From an uncultured Aquincola sp. (GTDB lineage: Bacteria > Pseudomonadota > Gammaproteobacteria > Burkholderiales > Burkholderiaceae_C), in contig NZ_CAXFDV010000667.1 of NCBI RefSeq assembly GCF_964001545.1, positions 1 to 44,278 of the forward strand: a stretch of 44,278 bases of DNA. The letters are read 5' to 3'. Position numbers and translations under genes: made by a program. How positions within the stretch are numbered: position 1 is the first letter of the stretch; each line of letters begins with the position of its first letter. This document shows, in pieces, positions 32,407-43,074 of the stretch. Below the pieces are notes generated by a model that saw nothing but the letters and a program-made list of their open reading frames with translations, was not told where the DNA came from and did no database searches.

Positions 32407-32943
32407 ATGGCGGCAGCGCCCGCCCGGCTTTCCCTGAAAGCGCGGGCGCTCAAACTCCTGGCGCAGCGCGAGCACAGCCGGCTGGAACTTCGCCGCAAGC
32501 TGCTGCCGCATGCGCAGGCCTTTTGCCAGGCACGCGACGAGGCGCTGGAAGCGGCGCCAGCGGGTGTTCCGCCAGCCGCCGAGCCGCTGGACACGCCGAA
32601 CCAGTGCCTGGACAAGCTGCTCGACTGGCTGCAGGCCCACCGCTACCTCAGCGAAGAGCGATTCGTCGAGTCCCGCCTGCATGCGCGGTCGGCGCGCTTC
32701 GGCAACAGCCGCATCAAGATGGAACTGGCGCAGCACGGCCTGGCGCTGGATGCCGAGCAGGCCGCCCAACTGCGCACCACCGAACTCGAACGCGCCCGCG
32801 CCTTGTGGCAGCGCCGTTTCGGCAGCCCCGCCACCGACCCGGCGGGCCGGGCCAAGCAGATGCGTTTCCTGGCCGGCCGGGGCTTTTCCGGTGAAACCAT
32901 CCGGCGCGTGGTGCAGGGCCTGGACGAAGACGCCTGCGGGTAG
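32407..32943 (+). CDS. recX: Regulatory protein RecX
   Basis: Motifs [26 protein letters not shown] and RFLAGRGF; follows recA. Confidence 0.92.
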   Translation: MAAAPARLSLKARALKLLAQREHSRLELRRKLLPHAQAFCQARDEALEAAPAGVPPAAEPLDTPNQCLDKLLDWLQAHRYLSEERFVESRLHARSARFGNSRIKMELAQHGLALDAEQAAQLRTTELERARALWQRRFGSPATDPAGRAKQMRFLAGRGFSGETIRRVVQGLDEDACG

Positions 32944-33274
32944 CCGCAGTGTTGCTGCAGCGCAAGATGCTACATTCCCGCGGTTTCCTCGGTGCCTGCG
33001 CGCCGTGGGATGGCGGCCCCGGGCCGCAGACCTGCCCGCTGTCCATGGCCTCTCCGCTCCTCCTCGACCCCACCGCCCGTCTCCGGCCGCTGCATGCGCC
33101 GGGCCAGCGCGTGAGCCTGGGCGCGGCGCAGGCCGGCACCGCGGGCGGGCGTCAGCCCGCTGTCGGCAATTCGGCCGACAATCCGCCTTTCCCGCCCGTC
33201 GCGGCGCGCTGACCGCGGCCCCGTCCGCCCGCAGCGCACCGCTCTGTCCGCTTCCCCCCCTCCAAGACAAGCCT

Positions 33275-34435
<1,161 letters not shown>

Positions 34436-34450
34436 GACGGGAGCAGATTC

Positions 34451-35344
34451 ATGTCGATCTACATCAACAAAGACACCAAGGTCATCACCCAGGGCATCAC
34501 CGGCAAGACGGGCCAGTTCCACACGCTCGGCTGCCAGGCCTATGCCAACGGCAAGAACGCTTTCGTTGCGGGTGTGAACCCCAAGAAGGCCGGCGAGAAG
34601 TTCGAAGGTATTCCCATCTACGCCAGCGTCAAGGAAGCCGCGGGCCAGACGGGCGCCACCGTCAGCGTGATCTACGTGCCGCCCGCGGGCGCCGCGGCCG
34701 CCATCTGGGAAGCGGTGGAAGCCGACCTGGACCTGGTGATCGCGATCACCGAAGGCATTCCCGTGCGCGACATGCTGGAAGTGCGCAACAAGATGAAGGC
34801 CAAGGAAGCGGCCGGCGGCAAGAAGACGCTGCTGCTGGGCCCCAACTGCCCGGGCCTGATCACGCCGGACGAGATCAAGATCGGCATCATGCCCGGTCAC
34901 ATCCACCGCAAGGGCCGCATCGGCGTCGTGTCCCGTTCGGGCACGCTGACCTATGAAGCCGTGGCGCAGCTGACCGAAATCGGCCTGGGCCAGTCCAGCG
35001 CCGTCGGCATCGGTGGCGACCCGATCAACGGCCTGAAGCACATCGACGTGATGAAGGCCTTCAACGACGATCCGGACACCGACGCGGTGATCATGATCGG
35101 CGAGATCGGTGGCCCGGACGAAGCCGAAGCCGCCCGCTGGTGCAAGGACAACATGAAGAAGCCGATCGTCGGCTTCATCGCGGGCGTCACCGCGCCTCCG
35201 GGCAAGCGCATGGGCCACGCCGGCGCGCTGATCTCGGGCGGCGCCGACACCGCGGACGCCAAGCTGGCGATCATGGAAGAGTGCGGCTTCAAGGTCACCC
35301 GCAACCCGTCGGAAATGGGCAAGCTGCTCAAGGCACTGCTGTAA
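34451..35344 (+). CDS. sucD: Succinyl-CoA synthetase alpha subunit
   Basis: Motifs [23 protein letters not shown] and RMGHAGA (phospho-His). Confidence 0.98.
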   Translation: MSIYINKDTKVITQGITGKTGQFHTLGCQAYANGKNAFVAGVNPKKAGEKFEGIPIYASVKEAAGQTGATVSVIYVPPAGAAAAIWEAVEADLDLVIAITEGIPVRDMLEVRNKMKAKEAAGGKKTLLLGPNCPGLITPDEIKIGIMPGHIHRKGRIGVVSRSGTLTYEAVAQLTEIGLGQSSAVGIGGDPINGLKHIDVMKAFNDDPDTDAVIMIGEIGGPDEAEAARWCKDNMKKPIVGFIAGVTAPPGKRMGHAGALISGGADTADAKLAIMEECGFKVTRNPSEMGKLLKALL

Positions 35345-35461
35345 ACCTGCCAGGGCGGCACCCGTTGCGCCGTGCGTAGAGCTACGTACGCGCGCCACGG
35401 AACCAAAGCCTAAACTGCGGAATCAGCGCTGGCGCCTTGTGCCGGCGCCCCCGCACCCCGG

Positions 35462-35495
35462 GGCCTGATGCTCACGCATCGGGCCTTTTGCTTTT
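35462..35495 (+). terminator. Intrinsic terminator-like hairpin between sucD and the first TerC-family gene
   Basis: GGCCTGATGC-TCAC-GCATCGGGCC (10 bp, one G-U pair) followed by TTTTGCTTTT. Confidence 0.7.
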
Positions 35496-35522
35496 CTCGC
35501 CGCCCTTCGGAGATTGCTTCCC

Positions 35523-36224
35523 ATGGACTTCGCCTCCGCCACATTCTGGGCCGCGCTGGGTTCCATCATCCTGGCCAACGTCCTGCTGTCGGGCGACAAC
35601 GCCGTGGTGATCGCCCTGGCCGCCCGCTCGCTGCCCGCGCACCAGCAGAAAAAGGCCATCTTCTTCGGCAGCGCCGCCGCCATCGTGATGCGGATCGCGC
35701 TCACGCTGCTGGCCGTCAAGCTGCTGGCCCTGCCTTACCTCAAGATCATCGGCGGCATCGCGCTGGTGTACATCGGCGTCAGCCTGCTGGTGGAAGACGA
35801 CGGCGGTGAAGACGAAGGCGCGGGCGCCGGCCATTCCAGCATGCTCACCGCCATCCGCACCATCCTGGTGGCCGACCTGGTGATGAGCCTGGACAACGTG
35901 CTGGCCGTGGCCGCCGCCGCCAAGGGCGACACCGTACTGCTGGTGCTGGGCCTGGGCATCAGCATTCCGCTGATCATCTTCGGCAGCACCATGCTGCTCA
36001 AGGTGATGGAGCGCTTCCCGCTGATCATCACGCTGGGCGCGGCGCTGCTGGGCTTCCTGGCCGGCGAGATGACGCTGACCGACCCGGCCGTGGACACCTA
36101 CTTCGGCCACCAGTCGCACCTGGCCGTCAACGCCGCCGGCACCATCGGCGCCATCCTGGTGGTGGTGCTGGGCCTGTACCTCAAGCGCCGGCATTCGGCG
36201 CAGGCAGCGGCTTCGGCCACCTGA
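35523..36224 (+). CDS. TerC/YjbE-family integral membrane protein
   Basis: Motifs LLSGDNAVVIALA and ADLVMSLDNVLAV; multiple TM helices. Confidence 0.9.
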   Translation: MDFASATFWAALGSIILANVLLSGDNAVVIALAARSLPAHQQKKAIFFGSAAAIVMRIALTLLAVKLLALPYLKIIGGIALVYIGVSLLVEDDGGEDEGAGAGHSSMLTAIRTILVADLVMSLDNVLAVAAAAKGDTVLLVLGLGISIPLIIFGSTMLLKVMERFPLIITLGAALLGFLAGEMTLTDPAVDTYFGHQSHLAVNAAGTIGAILVVVLGLYLKRRHSAQAAASAT

Positions 36225-36252
36225 TTTTGTAACGCTCACCTAGAATTTTCCG

Positions 36253-36382
36253 CTGAAGGGGAGTAGCTCCGGCGCCAGGCGGTGATACCGCCGGCGCCTT
36301 CGACAGATCGTCAAGACGAAGCCGGGAAGGCTTCCGGTCTGTCGGGCAGTGCCAGCCCAGGCCTGCCGAGCAAGACCTTCGA
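36253..36382 (+). ncRNA. yybP-ykoY (Mn2+-sensing) riboswitch
   Basis: Hallmark segments AAGGGGAGTAGC, TCGTCAAGAC and GAGCAAGACCTT. P1 pairs GAAGG(36255-59) with CCTTC(36376-80). It sits in the leader of a TerC gene, the family's typical context. Confidence 0.85.
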
Positions 36383-36515
36383 CGTTTCCGTCCGCACTGC
36401 GGCGGTTGGCGCTCGAAGGCTTGCACGCACCCTCACCCGGTGCCCCAGCCGCCTTCGAAGGGCAACCCGGCTGCGGACGATCTCGACGATCCCTGTCCGC
36501 ACCTAGGAGTTGCCC

Positions 36516-37202
36516 ATGACCTTCCTGTCTCCCGAATGGCTGTCCGCCCTCGCGTCGATCGTGCTGATCGACCTCATCCTGGCCGGTGACAACGCGATCG
36601 TGATCGCGCTGGCCGCCCGCAGCCTGCCCACCCACCTGCAGAAAAAGGCCATCCTGTGGGGCACCGTGGGCGCCATCGTCGTGCGTTCGCTGATGACGCT
36701 GGTGGTGGTGTGGCTGCTGCAGATCCCCGGCCTGATGCTGGCCGGCGGCCTGGGCCTGGTGTGGATTGCCTACAAGCTGCTGGTGCCCGGCGGCGATGAA
36801 GAACACGGCGGCGCCGGCGCGACCACTTTCTTCGGCGCGATGAAGACCATCATCGTGGCCGATGCGCTGATGGGCGTGGACAACGTGCTGGGCGTGGCCG
36901 GTGCCGCGCATGGCGCCTTCGACCTGGTGGTCATCGGCCTGCTCATCAGCGTGCCCATCGTGGTGTGGGGCAGCAGCGTGGTGCTCAAGCTGGTCGACCG
37001 TTTCCCGGTCATCAGTTATCTGGGCGCCGGCGTGCTGGCCTTCACCGCCGCCAAGATGATCGTCGGTGAGCCGCTGCTCAAGCCGGTGTTCGACCCCAAC
37101 GAGGTCGCGCGCTGGGCGGTCTACGCCGTGGTGATCGCCGGCGTGCTGCTGGCCGGCCGCATGATGGCCCGCCGCGCCGAGGCGCACACCGGCGCGGCCT
37201 GA
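36516..37202 (+). CDS. TerC/YjbE-family integral membrane protein (probable Mn2+-responsive)
   Basis: Motifs DLILAGDNAIVIALA and ADALMGVDNVLGV; AGGAG at 36505-36509. Confidence 0.9.
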   Translation: MTFLSPEWLSALASIVLIDLILAGDNAIVIALAARSLPTHLQKKAILWGTVGAIVVRSLMTLVVVWLLQIPGLMLAGGLGLVWIAYKLLVPGGDEEHGGAGATTFFGAMKTIIVADALMGVDNVLGVAGAAHGAFDLVVIGLLISVPIVVWGSSVVLKLVDRFPVISYLGAGVLAFTAAKMIVGEPLLKPVFDPNEVARWAVYAVVIAGVLLAGRMMARRAEAHTGAA

Positions 37203-37286
37203 CGCCCCACCATTTCCGTCGATGCCCATCGGCGCCGCCGTGCTAAGGTCCGCGCCCAAAAGGATGGACACGGGTTTTGTCAGGGC

Positions 37287-38213
37287 ATGGGGGATTCGAC
37301 GAAGCGGCCGATCGGCCCCGCCCAAGGCAGTGAACGGCTGCTGCAGCGGGACAGCGAGTTCGACGGCTACCGCATCCACCGTGTGCTCGGCCGTGGCGCC
37401 ATCGGCACGGTGTACCTGGCGTCCAACCGGCGCGGCAAGCTGCTGGCGCTCAAGACCATCGACCTGGCCCGCCAGTTCGAGCGCGACGAACTGCCGCTGG
37501 CCCGCGAGCGGCTGGCGCTGGAGACGCTGACCACCTCGCGCCTGCGCCACCCGCACATCGTGCGCGTGTACGGCTGCGGCGAGCGCCGCGGCCTGGCCTA
37601 CCTGGCGATGCAGGCGCTGCCCGGCTGCACGATGGAGCGCTACACGCAGCGCCGCCACCTGCTGCCCGAGCCGCTCGCGCTGCAGCTGGCCGCGTCGGTG
37701 GCCGACGGCCTGGCCCACGCCCATGCCCAAGGCGTGGTGCACCGGGACATCAAGCCCGCCAACGTGATGGTGGAGCTGCCGACCCGGCGGGTGAAGATCA
37801 CCGACTTCGGGCTGGCGCGGCTGACCGACGGCACCCGCACGCGCACCGGGCTGGTCCTGGGCACGCCCGCCTTCATGGCGCCCGAGCTGCTGGCCGGCGC
37901 GCCGCCGCACCCGGGCAGCGACCTGTATGCGCTGGGCGTGCTGCTGTTCCAGCTGCTCACCGCGCGCCTGCCTTACGAAGGCGAGTCGATGGGCACGCTG
38001 CTGCGCGCCATCGCCGGCGGCCCGCCGCAGTCGCTGCGCGGCCTGCGGCCTGACCTGCCGGCCGAGCTGGCCAGCCTGAGCGAGCGCCTGCTAGACCGCA
38101 CACCCCGCGCCCGCCCGGCCGATGGCCTGCTGATCGCGCGGCAGCTGCGCGAGCTGGCTGCCGGCTGGCCTGCGCGGCTCGTGTCAAAAGGTGCCGCCAG
38201 CTTCACCCGCTGA
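37287..38213 (+). CDS. Hanks-type Ser/Thr protein kinase (cytoplasmic, kinase domain only)
   Basis: Motifs LGRGAIGTV, LALK, HRDIKPAN, DFG, GTPAFMAPE and SDLYALG; no TM segment seen. Confidence 0.92.
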   Translation: MGDSTKRPIGPAQGSERLLQRDSEFDGYRIHRVLGRGAIGTVYLASNRRGKLLALKTIDLARQFERDELPLARERLALETLTTSRLRHPHIVRVYGCGERRGLAYLAMQALPGCTMERYTQRRHLLPEPLALQLAASVADGLAHAHAQGVVHRDIKPANVMVELPTRRVKITDFGLARLTDGTRTRTGLVLGTPAFMAPELLAGAPPHPGSDLYALGVLLFQLLTARLPYEGESMGTLLRAIAGGPPQSLRGLRPDLPAELASLSERLLDRTPRARPADGLLIARQLRELAAGWPARLVSKGAASFTR

Positions 38214-38274
38214 CCACGCCCAGTGACAAAAGAGCACAATCCGCCGACCCCATTCACCGCCGCAGCGCGCCCAG

Positions 38275-39060
38275 ATGCCCATCGAGTTTTTCAGTGCCAT
38301 CGACACCGGTCGGGCCCGCAGCAACAACGAAGATGCCGTGGCCCTGGACGAGCGCGCTGCCCTGGCGGTCCTGGCCGATGGCATGGGCGGCTACAACGCC
38401 GGTGAAGTGGCCAGCGGCATGCTCACCACCTTCATCCAGGCCGAACTGGGCCGTTGGCTCCATGAAGCCAGCGCGCAGGCCTCCGATGCCGACGTGCGCC
38501 GGGCGATGGACATCTGCGTGGACAACGCCAACCGCGCCATCTTCAACGCCGCCAATGCCAACCCGCAGTACGCCGGCATGGGCACGACGCTGGTGCTGTC
38601 GGTGTTCCGCGAGCAGCGCCTGCTGCTGGGCCACGTGGGCGATTCGCGCGCCTACCGGCTGCGCGCCGGCCGGCTGGCGCAGCTCACGCGCGACCACTCG
38701 CTGCTGCAGGAGCAGCTGGACGCCGGCCTCATCACGCCCGAGCAGGCGGCCTATTCGGCCAACAAGAATCTGGTGACCCGCGCCGTGGGCGTGGAAGACA
38801 CCGTGCTGCTGGAAACCCACCTGCATGCCACCGAGCCGGGCGACCTGTACCTGATGTGCTCCGACGGACTGTCGGACATGGTGCCGGACGCCCGCATCGC
38901 CCAGGTGCTGCTGTCGCACGAGTCGCTGCCGGCCGCCGGCCGCGGCCTGATCGACGCAGCCAATGAGGCGGGTGGAAAGGATAATATTGCCGTGATTCTG
39001 GTCCGCGTTCAGGACGGCGCCGCCGGTGCCTCGCGCCCCTGGTGGCGCTTCAAACGCTAG
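38275..39060 (+). CDS. PP2C/Stp1-family Ser/Thr phosphatase
   Basis: Motifs RSNNED, ADGMGG, GMGTT, HVGDSRAY, CSDGL and GGKDNI. Confidence 0.95.
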   Translation: MPIEFFSAIDTGRARSNNEDAVALDERAALAVLADGMGGYNAGEVASGMLTTFIQAELGRWLHEASAQASDADVRRAMDICVDNANRAIFNAANANPQYAGMGTTLVLSVFREQRLLLGHVGDSRAYRLRAGRLAQLTRDHSLLQEQLDAGLITPEQAAYSANKNLVTRAVGVEDTVLLETHLHATEPGDLYLMCSDGLSDMVPDARIAQVLLSHESLPAAGRGLIDAANEAGGKDNIAVILVRVQDGAAGASRPWWRFKR

Positions 39061-39130
39061 GCCTCACCGCATCACCATTCACACGCCGGTCAGCCGCGTC
39101 TGCCGGCAGACGTCAAACACAAGGTCAAGC

Positions 39131-39802
39131 ATGGGCAAACTGGTCGTTTCGCTGGATGGCGTGGTCATCAAGGAAGTCCAGATCACCAAGGACAAGACCA
39201 CCCTCGGCCGCCGCCCGTACAACGACATCGTCATCGACAACCTGGCGGTCAGTGGCGAGCATGCGGTGCTGCAGATGGTGGGTGCCGACGTCTTCATCGA
39301 AGACTTGAACAGCACCAACGGCACCTACATCAACGGCAAGGCCATCAAGAAGCAGCTGCTGGCCCACAACGACACGGTCGAGATCGGCAAGTACAAGATC
39401 AAGTACCTGGTCGAAGAAGGCAACGAGTACGAGAAGACCATGGTCGTGCGCCCCGGCGGCACGGTGCCCGGGGTCTCGCCCTCTTACGCGCAGACCGCGC
39501 CAGCGCCGGTGTCCAGCTTCGGCAACCTGGGCGGCGCGGTGGGCACGGCGTCCATCAAGGTGCTCAATGGCGCTGCGGCCGGCCGTGAAGTCACGCTGAC
39601 CAAGGTGGTCACCACCGTCGGCAAGCCCGGCGTGCAGGTGGCCTCCATCACCAAGCGGCCGGGCGGCTATGTGCTGGCGCACGTGGAAGGCAGCTCGCGC
39701 CCCACGGTCAATGGCGTGCCGCTGGTGGGCGAATCGGTGCCGCTGAAAAACGGCGACGTGATCGAGCTGGCCGGCACCCAGATGCAGTTCATCCAGGCCT
39801 GA
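39131..39802 (+). CDS. Double FHA-domain protein
   Basis: FHA1 is LGRRPYND...VSGEHA...STNGT. A low-complexity linker leads to a degenerate FHA2 (VGKPG...TVNG...LKNGDVIEL). Confidence 0.9.
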   Translation: MGKLVVSLDGVVIKEVQITKDKTTLGRRPYNDIVIDNLAVSGEHAVLQMVGADVFIEDLNSTNGTYINGKAIKKQLLAHNDTVEIGKYKIKYLVEEGNEYEKTMVVRPGGTVPGVSPSYAQTAPAPVSSFGNLGGAVGTASIKVLNGAAAGREVTLTKVVTTVGKPGVQVASITKRPGGYVLAHVEGSSRPTVNGVPLVGESVPLKNGDVIELAGTQMQFIQA

Positions 39803-39839
39803 TCGCACAGCGGCGCGCCCGGCGCGCGCTGCTTCTGCC

Positions 39840-42056
39840 GTGAACGGCCGCCGACGCACCACGCTGGTTGCCACGGCCTTCTGGGCCGTGCTGCTGCTGC
39901 TGGGCATCGGCCATGCCAGCCGGCTGCTGCCGCTGGAGCTGATCGAGCGGCTGGACCAGGCGCTGGCCGACACCCGCACCCGCTGGACCGCGCAGCCCGG
40001 CGTGCCGCCGCGCATCGCCATCATCGACATCGATGAAGCCAGCCTGGCCGAATTGGGCCGCTGGCCCTGGCCGCGCGAGCGGCTGGCGCGGCTGACCGAC
40101 GAGCTGTTCGAGCGGCAGCAGGTGGCGGCGGTCGGCTTCGATCTGGTGCTGGCCGAGCCCGATGCCGGACCGGTGGCCGCGCTGCAGCAGCTGGCGCTGG
40201 ACGACCAGACCCTGGCCGCCCGCCTGCCGGCGCTGCGGCGTCAGCTGGACAACGACGCGGTGCTGGCCCGTGCACTCACCCAGCGCCCGGTGGCCCTGCC
40301 TTTCTACCTGACCAGCGACCGCGCCGGCGCCCGCAGCGGCCAGCTGCCGCCGCCACTGGCCACGCCGCTGCCCGACCCGGTGCCGGCCGGCCTGCCGCGC
40401 TGGAACGGCCATGGCGCCAGCCTGGCGGCACTCACTGCGGCCGCGCCGGCCGGCGGCTTCATCAACGCACTGCCGGATGACGACGGGCTGATCCGCTCGG
40501 CGCTGCTGGTGGCCGCTTATGCCGACGGCGATGGCCCGCCGCACCTGTACGAGTCGCTGGCCCTGGCCGTGTGGCGGCTGGGGGAGCAGGCCGCGGCGCC
40601 CACGCTGGAAGTGGCCGCCTCACCCAGCGGCCCGGCGCTGGTGGCGCTGCACCTGGGCGCACGGCGCATCGGGGTGGACGAGCGCGGCGCGGTGCAGGTG
40701 CCCTTTCGCCGCCACGCGGGGCCGATGTCGGGCGCCTTCGAGCGCCACGGCGCCGCCGACGTGCTGGCCGGCCGGCTGCCCGCGGGTCGCCTGGCCGGCT
40801 ACCGTGTGCTGGTGGGCACCACGGTGCCCGCGCTGGGCGATCTGCGGGCCACCCCGGTGCATCCGGCGCAACCGGGCGTGGAGATCCACGCTTCCTTGCT
40901 TGCCGGCCTGGACGCAGGCCGCCTGCCGGTGCGGCCCGACTGGGCGGCCGGCTACGAGGTGTGCCTGCTGCTGGCCACCGCCCTGGTACTGGGTCTCGGC
41001 CTGCGGCGGCTGACGGCCCTGGGCAGCGTGGCCTGGAGCGTCGGCGTGCTGGTGGTGCTGCTGTGCACCAACCTGTACGCCTGGCAGGCGCAGGGGCTGG
41101 CGCTGCCGCTGGCCTCGGCATTGGTGCTGCTGTTCACCGGTTTTGCGGGCGTCATGGCCTGGGGCTACCTGGTGGAAGGCCGCTCGCGGCGCAGCCTGGT
41201 GCGCCTCTTCGGCACCTACGTGCCGCGCGAGCTGGTGCGGCGCATGGCGCGCGAACCCGAGCGTTACACCAGCGCCGCCCTGCTGGCCGAAAACCGCGAG
41301 CTGACGCTGCTGTTCTGCGACCTGCGCGGCTTCACCACCCTCTCGGAGCACTTGGAGCCGCTGGCGCTGCGCGAGCTGCTGAACCTGTTCTTCTCTCGCA
41401 TGACGGCCGTGATCCACGCCCATGGCGGCACGCTGGACAAGTTCATCGGCGATGCGCTGATGGCCTTCTGGGGCGCGCCGCTGCCCGAGCCGCGCCATGC
41501 CGCACTGGCGCTGCAGGCCGCGCAGGCCATGGGCCACGCACTGGCCGCGCTGAACGCGGAACTGCGCGCCCGCGGCCAGCCCACGCTGTCGATGGGCATC
41601 GGCCTGCACACCGGCGTCGCCTGCGTGGGCGACATGGGCTCGGACCTGCGCCGCGCCTACACCGCGCTGGGCGACAGCGTGAACCTCGCCTCGCGCATCG
41701 AAGGGCTCACCCGCCGCTACGGCGTCGACCTGCTGGTCAGCGCCGCCACCCGCGAGGCAGTGATCGGCACCGACCCGGCGGCCGCAGCCGACCTGCCGTG
41801 GGTGGAGGTGGGCGAGGTGCAGGTCAAGGGGCGCCAGCAACCCGTGAACCTGTTCACGCTCGACGGCAGGCCGGCAGCGCCGGGCTCGGCGCGGGCCACG
41901 CAACTGCGCAATTGGCAGCTTGCGCTGGCTGCGGCGCGCTCGCAACATTGGGCCGAAGCCGACACCCACTGCGCCGCACTGCGAGCCAGCGTTTCCGAAG
42001 GCGACCTGCTGTGGCACCTTCAGCAGGCGCTGGCCCAGCACCCCACCCGCCCCTGA
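39840..42056 (+). CDS. CHASE2-domain membrane adenylate cyclase (class III)
   Basis: CHASE2 motifs IDIDEASL..GRWPWPR and PGVEIHA, 3 TM helices, and catalytic motifs FCDLRGFT, DKFIGDA and YTALGDSVNLASRIEG (canonical ATP-specifying K and T). Confidence 0.92.
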   Translation: MNGRRRTTLVATAFWAVLLLLGIGHASRLLPLELIERLDQALADTRTRWTAQPGVPPRIAIIDIDEASLAELGRWPWPRERLARLTDELFERQQVAAVGFDLVLAEPDAGPVAALQQLALDDQTLAARLPALRRQLDNDAVLARALTQRPVALPFYLTSDRAGARSGQLPPPLATPLPDPVPAGLPRWNGHGASLAALTAAAPAGGFINALPDDDGLIRSALLVAAYADGDGPPHLYESLALAVWRLGEQAAAPTLEVAASPSGPALVALHLGARRIGVDERGAVQVPFRRHAGPMSGAFERHGAADVLAGRLPAGRLAGYRVLVGTTVPALGDLRATPVHPAQPGVEIHASLLAGLDAGRLPVRPDWAAGYEVCLLLATALVLGLGLRRLTALGSVAWSVGVLVVLLCTNLYAWQAQGLALPLASALVLLFTGFAGVMAWGYLVEGRSRRSLVRLFGTYVPRELVRRMAREPERYTSAALLAENRELTLLFCDLRGFTTLSEHLEPLALRELLNLFFSRMTAVIHAHGGTLDKFIGDALMAFWGAPLPEPRHAALALQAAQAMGHALAALNAELRARGQPTLSMGIGLHTGVACVGDMGSDLRRAYTALGDSVNLASRIEGLTRRYGVDLLVSAATREAVIGTDPAAAADLPWVEVGEVQVKGRQQPVNLFTLDGRPAAPGSARATQLRNWQLALAAARSQHWAEADTHCAALRASVSEGDLLWHLQQALAQHPTRP

Positions 42057-42096
42057 GGCGGCGCCCCTCCACCCGACCCCTGCCCCGTCCCGCCCC

Positions 42097-42885
42097 ATGA
42101 AGATCCGTGTCCTCGGCTGCTCCGGTTCCATTGCCGCCGGCAGCCGAACCACCTCGTTCCTGCTGGACGACGACGTGCTCATCGATGCCGGCACCGGCGT
42201 GGGCGACCTGACGCTGGACGAGCTGGCCCGCATCGACCACGTGCTGGTGAGCCACAGCCACCTGGACCACATCCTGGCCATTGCCTTGCTGGCCGACAGC
42301 GTGATGCGCCGCCGCACCGCCGCCGGCCGGCCGCCGATCCAGGTGCATGCGCTGGCCCCCACGCTGGACGCGCTGCGCCAGCATGTGTTCAACGGTGTCA
42401 TCTGGCCCGACTTCACCCAGCTGCCGCGACCCGAGCAGCCCATCCTGGCGCTGGTGCCGCTGGTCACCGGCGACGTGCTCACGTTGGGCACGCGCCGCAT
42501 CGAGGTGCTGCCGGCCGAGCACACCGTGCCGGCGGTGGGTTATGCGCTGCTGCAGGACGCGCCGAGCCGCGACGCCCGCTGGGTGTTCACCGGCGACACC
42601 GGCCCCAACCCGCAGCTGTGGCACACGCTGCGCGGCCGCCGCATCGGCCACCTGGTCATCGAAACCGCCTTCGGCGACGACGAGCAGGCACTGGCCGAAC
42701 TGAGCAGCCACCTGTGCCCCCAGACCCTCGGCCAGGAACTGGCCCAGCTGCCCGGCCGGGTGAGCGTGCACATCACCCACATCAAGCCCGGCGAGGTGGA
42801 GCCGGTGATGGCGCAGGTGCAGCAGCTGGGCAGCCGCCACGAGCTCAACGCCCTGCGTACCGGCCAGGAGATCGATCTGGGCTGA
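42097..42885 (+). CDS. Metallo-beta-lactamase-fold 3',5'-cyclic nucleotide phosphodiesterase (class II-like)
   Basis: Motifs VLGCSG, LIDAGTG, SHSHLDH, HVFNGVIWPDF, FTGDT and ITHIKP; adjacent to a cyclase. Confidence 0.85.
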   Translation: MKIRVLGCSGSIAAGSRTTSFLLDDDVLIDAGTGVGDLTLDELARIDHVLVSHSHLDHILAIALLADSVMRRRTAAGRPPIQVHALAPTLDALRQHVFNGVIWPDFTQLPRPEQPILALVPLVTGDVLTLGTRRIEVLPAEHTVPAVGYALLQDAPSRDARWVFTGDTGPNPQLWHTLRGRRIGHLVIETAFGDDEQALAELSSHLCPQTLGQELAQLPGRVSVHITHIKPGEVEPVMAQVQQLGSRHELNALRTGQEIDLG

Positions 42886-42889
42886 AGAC

Positions 42890-42947
42890 TGACGTTTTGC
42901 GTCACCTGCTGCCGCAACGCGGCTCACCCGGGTGACCAGAAATGTCA
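42890..42947. promoter_or_regulatory. Two TGAC-N7-GTCA palindromes, candidate enhancer sites for the pilin promoter
   Basis: TGACGTTTTGCGTCA (42890-42904) and TGACCAGAAATGTCA (42933-42947), offset by 43 bp. Confidence 0.6.
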
Positions 42948-42999
42948 GGCCATGTGCGGAACCGCACGATCGGGCGCCCTGCCAGCGCTTTCGCAGGCC

Positions 43000-43015
43000 C
43001 GGCACGGTGGCTGCA
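43000..43015 (+). promoter_or_regulatory. Sigma-54 (-24/-12) promoter of the pilin gene
   Basis: CGGCACGGTGGCTGCA: GG at 43001-43002, N10, GC at 43013-43014. RpoN dependence is typical of major pilin genes. Confidence 0.75.
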
Positions 43016-43074
43016 AACAGGAGTCTCGACTGCGGTCTCAAGTCACCCCGCCATCTTCCCTAGGAGCAACACCC

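Noticed and set aside
38222-38238. CRP-like site AGTGA...GCACA between the kinase and phosphatase genes
   Set aside because: The spacer is 7 rather than 6 bp and both half-sites are imperfect.
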